From Armatimonadota bacterium (lineage in GTDB: Bacteria; Armatimonadota; UBA5829; DTLH01): 64,000 nt of DNA. The DNA is taken from the NCBI GenBank assembly GCA_038207085.1, contig JBBRAE010000015.1, positions 1-64,000 on the forward strand, given 5' to 3'. This document shows, piece after piece, positions 58,938 through 64,000 of the stretch (its first letter is position 1; every line of letters starts with the position of its first letter). The notes under the pieces were generated by a model, which had not been told where the DNA came from, did not search any database, and saw nothing but the letters and a program-made list of their open reading frames with translations. A program made the position numbers and the translations under genes.

Positions 58938-60644
58938 TTATGGCACAATGTAGTCATCGACCTTGGCGTCGTCGACGTAGACTTTGATTCTGATGTTGTC
59001 GCCCGCGGCGGTGACAGAGGTGTCTACCCCCTCGCCGGGGTCAGCGGCTTGTGTGAAGCTGTCTACCCTGTTGCCCTGGGAGTCGTAGGCGTCAACTCTC
59101 ACCACCTGGCTGCGGTCAGGCGTCGACGGAACATCCACATGGATGGGAATAGTCCTCTCCTGTGGCTGGGCAGGTTGCTCAGTCGTGTTTGCTTCTGGTT
59201 GAGGTTCGGTCGTCGGCTCCGGGCCCAGACTGATCAAGATATCTACAGGTTTTGACGGTTCGAGCCTCGATCCGGGCGGCGGCGACTGGTTGATAACCCT
59301 GTCCACCTGAACGCTCGGGCTGTACTCCGATGTCGTCTTCCCCGGGACAAACCCCTGGTCCACGAGTCTCCTGCGCGCCTCATCAGCTGAAAGCCCGATT
59401 ACCTCCGGCACAATAATCGTCTTTGGCCCTCTGCTCACCCATATCTCGATCTTGGGCTGGTCTTTGGGCACCGTCGCCCCCGATTTGGGGCTCATATTGT
59501 AGATATGGTCCTCGGGGATAGAGTCGTTATACTCGTGGTGCTCTATCAGCTGGAAACCCCGTCGGCTAGCGATCTGCTGCGCCTCTTCAAGCGTCTGCCC
59601 GACAAAGTTCGGGACAGCGATCTCTTTAGTCTTTGGGCCAAAAAGCACTGTAAAGAGTATCGCGGTAACGATCGCGACCGCGAACACTCCGATGATCGAC
59701 ACAAGAAACGTCTTTCTGAAGCTTTCGACTCGCTCGACCTCAGGCTCGTAGACGAGTTCGTCTTCCGAGGCGGGTGGGGGTGCAAACTCCGGGCGCACCG
59801 TAGCGGCTGGCGCTTCACCGGTGCGAAGCCACTCACGCACTCGTTCAAGAGCCGCCGCGAACTCAGACGCGCTGGCGAAACGCTTTTCAGGGTCCTTCTG
59901 CATCGCACGCATGACGATCTCGTTTAGGAGGGCAGGCACACCCGAGTTGCGGGCATGAGCCGATGGCACAGGGTCCTGAAGCTGCTTTGCTGCGATTGCG
60001 GCAGAGGTAGTGCCATCGTATGGCACCGATCCCGTAAGCATCTCGTAAAGCACGATTCCAAGGGAGTAGACATCGCTTGCCGGCTGAGCTGGTTCCCCGC
60101 GAATGACTTCAGGGGACAAATAATGCACCGAACGCAGCATCGTCGCTTCGCGAATCGCAGGAAACGCCGCCAGCGCACGGGCTGTGCCAAAATCCGTCAG
60201 CTTGATCTGACCCTCAGGGCTCGTAAGTATATTGTGCGGGCGCACGTCACCGTGGACAACGCCGGTCTCGTGCGCCGAGTCGAGCGCGTGGGCGACCGCA
60301 GCAGCGATATCGACCGCGTACGAGGTCGAAAACGGAGCAGTCCTGCGTATACGATCCTTGAGGTTGATGCCGCGCACATACTCGACGGCCACAAAGTAGA
60401 TGTCGTCCTGTGAGTCGGCCTCAAAAACGCGGGCGATGTTTGGATGGCTGAGGTCGGCTGCCATTTGGGCTTCGGCAACCATCCGCTCGCCGAACTCGGT
60501 ATTGTCCGAATACGGCGGCACAAGGACCTTGACGGCCACCAGCCGGTTCAGCACCTTGTCCCGCGCTTTATACACGGAGAAGAAGCTTCCGTCCCCACAC
60601 TTTTCCAGAACTTCGTACCTGTAATTGACGACTTTGCCTATCAA
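58938..60644 (-). CDS. PASTA-domain Ser/Thr kinase (PknB/PrkC-like), divergent
   Basis: VAVK, HGDVRPHN, DFG, YLSPE, TM, two PASTA repeats. Confidence 0.92.
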   Translation of the reverse strand: MIGKVVNYRYEVLEKCGDGSFFSVYKARDKVLNRLVAVKVLVPPYSDNTEFGERMVAEAQMAADLSHPNIARVFEADSQDDIYFVAVEYVRGINLKDRIRRTAPFSTSYAVDIAAAVAHALDSAHETGVVHGDVRPHNILTSPEGQIKLTDFGTARALAAFPAIREATMLRSVHYLSPEVIRGEPAQPASDVYSLGIVLYEMLTGSVPYDGTTSAAIAAKQLQDPVPSAHARNSGVPALLNEIVMRAMQKDPEKRFASASEFAAALERVREWLRTGEAPAATVRPEFAPPPASEDELVYEPEVERVESFRKTFLVSIIGVFAVAIVTAILFTVLFGPKTKEIAVPNFVGQTLEEAQQIASRRGFQLIEHHEYNDSIPEDHIYNMSPKSGATVPKDQPKIEIWVSRGPKTIIVPEVIGLSADEARRRLVDQGFVPGKTTSEYSPSVQVDRVINQSPPPGSRLEPSKPVDILISLGPEPTTEPQPEANTTEQPAQPQERTIPIHVDVPSTPDRSQVVRVDAYDSQGNRVDSFTQAADPGEGVDTSVTAAGDNIRIKVYVDDAKVDDYIVP

Positions 60645-60646
60645 GA

Positions 60647-61735
60647 CTAGTCTCTCCCGTAGCTCTTGAAGAGCTTACCCCAGTCGGTATCAAGCATCTT
60701 CTTTACCCTTGGCAGACCTTTCAGCCTGTACCAGTAGGCATCGTGATAGAGCCTCGACGCGTAGTATGCCCACGGCGCGATGCAGCTCCTGAGGAGCGCT
60801 TTTTCAAGGGGTTTTAGCGGCCCGTGATAAATCAGCTTTTGTCCCCGCGATGCAAAAGTCTCCTGCTTGCCGTGGAAATGGAAATTGATCTTGGATATGT
60901 CTTCGCCGACGATATCAAGCTCCTTTACATCTCCGCAGCCAAGTCCCGACTCGTGAGCGAGCCTGATGAACTTCAGGTCCATAGGGTCAAAGCCCATCAT
61001 CTTCGCGGCGACCGCATCGATTGCGACCTGATCGGCGCTTGCGAGGATGTAGTTCTTGACATGCGGCACCATCGCCCGTGGGCCGGGTCCGTCACCTGCG
61101 ATTGTGCCGTCGGTGACAGCGAAGATACCGGGATGAATTTCCTTCTGAATGGCAAGGAGGTCGACGAGTGTCTCGTGGATCACCGCATGCGTCCAGTGCC
61201 TGTTCTCGCGAAGAAGACCACCGAACGCGTTTTTCATCGCGCCGGTCATCGTAGTAAAGACATGAGTTTTGAGCGTAGGCATATGGATCGCGTTTTTGTC
61301 CAGAAACATCTTCGGGATCCATATACCATCCGGAAAGACCTTGTCGAGGACGAGCATCTTGGCTTTGGGCTCGTATTTGATCCATTCGGAACCGTCTTCA
61401 TACAGATACACAAACTCAAGATTGTGTTTGTCGATGACCGATTCCAGATGGTTGTTCTTTGCCCCGGCTTTTGGGTCAACGACGACGGTGCGGTTCTGTG
61501 CGGGTATCAGGTTCTTGTATCCCGCGTCTTTCAGAGCCTGTGTAACGCCGTCGAGCTGCCACGGGGTGGTGGAACACGCAGGGTAATAATAATGCCAGGA
61601 AATATTGATCTTGAGGATGGTGTCTTTGTCTTTGGGGAGGTGTTTCTGCACGTCCGCCATCTCCATCAGGCGGGCGTAGTCCGAGACAACCGTCTCCGGA
61701 CTGGTTTTCATCACTGCAACCTTCGATTTTTCCAA
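60647..61735 (-). CDS. DUF362-domain protein
   Basis: LKINIS, PTLKTH, TGAMKNAFG, DQVAIDA. Confidence 0.85.
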   Translation of the reverse strand: MEKSKVAVMKTSPETVVSDYARLMEMADVQKHLPKDKDTILKINISWHYYYPACSTTPWQLDGVTQALKDAGYKNLIPAQNRTVVVDPKAGAKNNHLESVIDKHNLEFVYLYEDGSEWIKYEPKAKMLVLDKVFPDGIWIPKMFLDKNAIHMPTLKTHVFTTMTGAMKNAFGGLLRENRHWTHAVIHETLVDLLAIQKEIHPGIFAVTDGTIAGDGPGPRAMVPHVKNYILASADQVAIDAVAAKMMGFDPMDLKFIRLAHESGLGCGDVKELDIVGEDISKINFHFHGKQETFASRGQKLIYHGPLKPLEKALLRSCIAPWAYYASRLYHDAYWYRLKGLPRVKKMLDTDWGKLFKSYGRD

Positions 61736-61843
61736 TGCTATCCTCCAGCTGACCGCGTCCGCGTGAAACGCAGTCGCGTCCCTATATAGATAACGACCGA
61801 AGAGCCGAAAGGTTACGCCTGTCTGCTAAAAAAGCGTGGCATG

Positions 61844-62953
61844 TCACATTTCGGCGGTGGCGAAGAGCCTTGACTGCTCCCCAAGCGCCGACCTGACGTC
61901 CTTGTCGGTCACCTTCTCCGATATCTCCACCTGTCCAATTGCCGCGAGCAGCACGAATCTCAGCTTGCCGAAGACGACCTTCTTATCATAGGACATAGCG
62001 CGGATCACGGAGTCCACATCGATGTCTCTATCAGGCGCAATCGGAAGCCCAACGGCAGAAAGCGCGCGCGCGACCTCGGACACAACGGGCATCCGAGCAA
62101 TCCCAAGCGCCTCCGAGATGATCGCCGCGGTCACCATTCCTATCGCGACGGCTTCACCGTGTGAATACTTCGCGTACCCAGTGGCGGTCTCGATGCCATG
62201 CCCAACTGTGTGGCCGAAGTTCAGAATCGCTCGCAGGCCCGACTCGCGTTCGTCGCGGGTCACAACTTCGGCTTTGATCTCACAGCTTCTAGAGATAGAC
62301 TGCTCAAGCACGTCTCTGTCAAGAGTGAGAAGCTCACTGGTGTGCGCTCCGAGAAAAGCGAACAGGCTTTCGTCGAATATTATACCATGTTTGATCAGTT
62401 CAGCCAAGCCGCCGGCAAACTCCCGTCTCGGCAGAGTCGCAAGCACGTCCGGGTCGATGATCACTCGCTTAGGTTGATAAAACGCTCCCACAAGGTTCTT
62501 TCCCTGCGGCAGGTCGACTCCAACCTTACCGCCAACGCTCGCATCAACCTGGGCAAGAAGCGTGGTCGGAATCTGCACAAAGTCGATCCCTCGCAGATAC
62601 GTAGCCGCCGCAAACCCGCCAAGGTCGCCGACAACTCCGCCGCCAAGCGTTACGAGCACTCCGCCACGGTCTATGCGAGCGTCGAGCAGACGATCATATA
62701 CCGCCGAAACGGTCTGGAGCGTCTTGCACTCCTCGCCACCTGGTATCTCAGCCACGAATGCCTGAAAACCAGCAGCTCGAAGGCTCTCAAGCACATCTCC
62801 CGCATAAAGCTTACCAACCGCGGGCTCAGTGACGACGAGCGCCGTTCTTCCACGACATACCGAAGCAATCTCTGCTCCTGCGCTGGGAAGGACTCCGCTT
62901 TCGACGACTACCTCGTAGCTTCGAGTTCCGAGGTCAACCTTGACTTGTGCCAT
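61844..62953 (-). CDS. aroB: 3-dehydroquinate synthase
   Basis: GGGVVGDLGGF, PTTLLAQVDASVGGK, LNFGHT, HGEAV; start ATG 62953. Confidence 0.97.
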   Translation of the reverse strand: MAQVKVDLGTRSYEVVVESGVLPSAGAEIASVCRGRTALVVTEPAVGKLYAGDVLESLRAAGFQAFVAEIPGGEECKTLQTVSAVYDRLLDARIDRGGVLVTLGGGVVGDLGGFAAATYLRGIDFVQIPTTLLAQVDASVGGKVGVDLPQGKNLVGAFYQPKRVIIDPDVLATLPRREFAGGLAELIKHGIIFDESLFAFLGAHTSELLTLDRDVLEQSISRSCEIKAEVVTRDERESGLRAILNFGHTVGHGIETATGYAKYSHGEAVAIGMVTAAIISEALGIARMPVVSEVARALSAVGLPIAPDRDIDVDSVIRAMSYDKKVVFGKLRFVLLAAIGQVEISEKVTDKDVRSALGEQSRLFATAEM

Positions 62954-63455
62954 TCTCTCGATAAATCTCCACGATTTCGCGCGCGACCGCGCTTGCAGGA
63001 CGCGACGACGTGTCCACCTCGAAGTCCGCGGCGGAATAGTAAAGCTGTCGGGACTCAAGGAGCGTTCGGATGTGGTCCATCTTGTCGTCCGTGCGGAGCA
63101 GTGGACGGTCATTGCTTCGCATAGTGCGCTTATAGATGACTTCCGGGCTTGCGCCGAGGCAAACCAGAACACCGTGCCGCTTCAGATTTTTCACGTTATC
63201 GTCGTCGAGCGGCACGCCGCCACCCGTAGCGATTACCTGACCTTCTTTGGCCGAAACTTCCTCGACAACCTGTCGCTCAATATCCCGAAACTTGGGCTCT
63301 CCAAGGCGCGCGAAAATGTCATTGATAGACATATCCATGCGCTGGACGATCCTGTCGTCTGTGTCTACGAACCTCAGCCCCAGTTGACGAGCAACCATAT
63401 GGCCGACCCGGCTCTTGCCTGTCCCCATAAAACCTATTAGTACTACATTTTTCAT
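62934..63455 (-). CDS. aroK: Shikimate kinase
   Basis: GFMGTGKS, GEPKFR, ATGGG, RPLL. Confidence 0.96.
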   Translation of the reverse strand: MKNVVLIGFMGTGKSRVGHMVARQLGLRFVDTDDRIVQRMDMSINDIFARLGEPKFRDIERQVVEEVSAKEGQVIATGGGVPLDDDNVKNLKRHGVLVCLGASPEVIYKRTMRSNDRPLLRTDDKMDHIRTLLESRQLYYSAADFEVDTSSRPASAVAREIVEIYRENGTSQG

Positions 63456-63507
63456 GACGCATTCTTTGAGGCGGAGGCTGGCCAGACTTCCACGCCGCCC
63501 TGCTGAC

Positions 63508-64000
63508 TCATTTCCTCTCTAAATACGTTCCTACCGACTGCTTTAGTTCTCCGATGTTATCACCGGGGAACTTTTCAAGAACAGCTGTTGCAAGAGTGAT
63601 GGCGACCATTGCCTCGCCAACCACTGCAGCTGCCGGAACCGCGCACACGTCGGAGCGTTCAGCGTGAGCGGGTGCAGGTTCTTTCGAACGAGTATCGACC
63701 GACCGGAGCGGCTTTGTGAGTGTAGGAATCGGCTTCATAGCCGCCCGAATCACCAGCGGTTGACCATTGGTCATACCGCCTTCCGTTCCGCCTGCGTTAT
63801 TGGAGAACCTGGTGAAGTGGCCGTTCTCATAGCCGATTTCGTCGTGCACCGCTGACCCCGGACGCACTCCGACTTCAAAACCCATACCGATCTCAACGCC
63901 TTTGATAGCGTGGATTGACATCACTGACTGGGCAAGTAGCCCATCAATTCTTCTGTCCCATTGCACGTGGCTGCCTAGCCCGACAGGAACGCCTTCTGCG
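63508..64000 (-). CDS. aroC: Chorismate synthase, C-terminal part (5' end outside window)
   Basis: [34 protein letters not shown]. Confidence 0.96.
   Translation of the reverse strand, partial: AEGVPVGLGSHVQWDRRIDGLLAQSVMSIHAIKGVEIGMGFEVGVRPGSAVHDEIGYENGHFTRFSNNAGGTEGGMTNGQPLVIRAAMKPIPTLTKPLRSVDTRSKEPAPAHAERSDVCAVPAAAVVGEAMVAITLATAVLEKFPGDNIGELKQSVGTYLERK

Overview
A 64-kb chromosomal window of moderately high GC, mostly housekeeping genes. The mix of a SigB-type partner-switching module, a PASTA kinase and outer-membrane beta-barrel-like proteins suggests a diderm Terrabacteria lineage such as Armatimonadota (inference only). It contains glycosyltransferases, der-plsY, qNor, sugar enzymes (GH130, xylA, GH94), rsbV/rsbW/sigB-like genes, mnmA, rarA, lon/Hsp20, an ECF sigma cassette, tRNA-Val(GAC), galE, thrS-infC-rpmI-rplT-pheST, xerD-deoB, hppA, the rib operon, pknB and aroCKB. 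No CRISPR array, transposase or prophage was seen. The standout locus is 38939-42897. A conserved hypothetical gene is followed by a ~360-nt structured region closed by a long imperfect inverted repeat, which encloses repeated GAGCGG hairpins and an unannotated 30-aa signal-peptide-like ORF. Downstream lie a polytopic membrane HD-GYP protein with a rubredoxin-like insertion, a degenerate HD-GYP partner and a DUF5317 protein with LspA-like motifs. Together these form a candidate peptide-signalling / cyclic-dinucleotide system. Also notable are a candidate Na+ riboswitch before hppA and a 79-bp dispersed palindromic element that supplies TAG stop codons to three genes. All calls come from reading the sequence; no database search was run.
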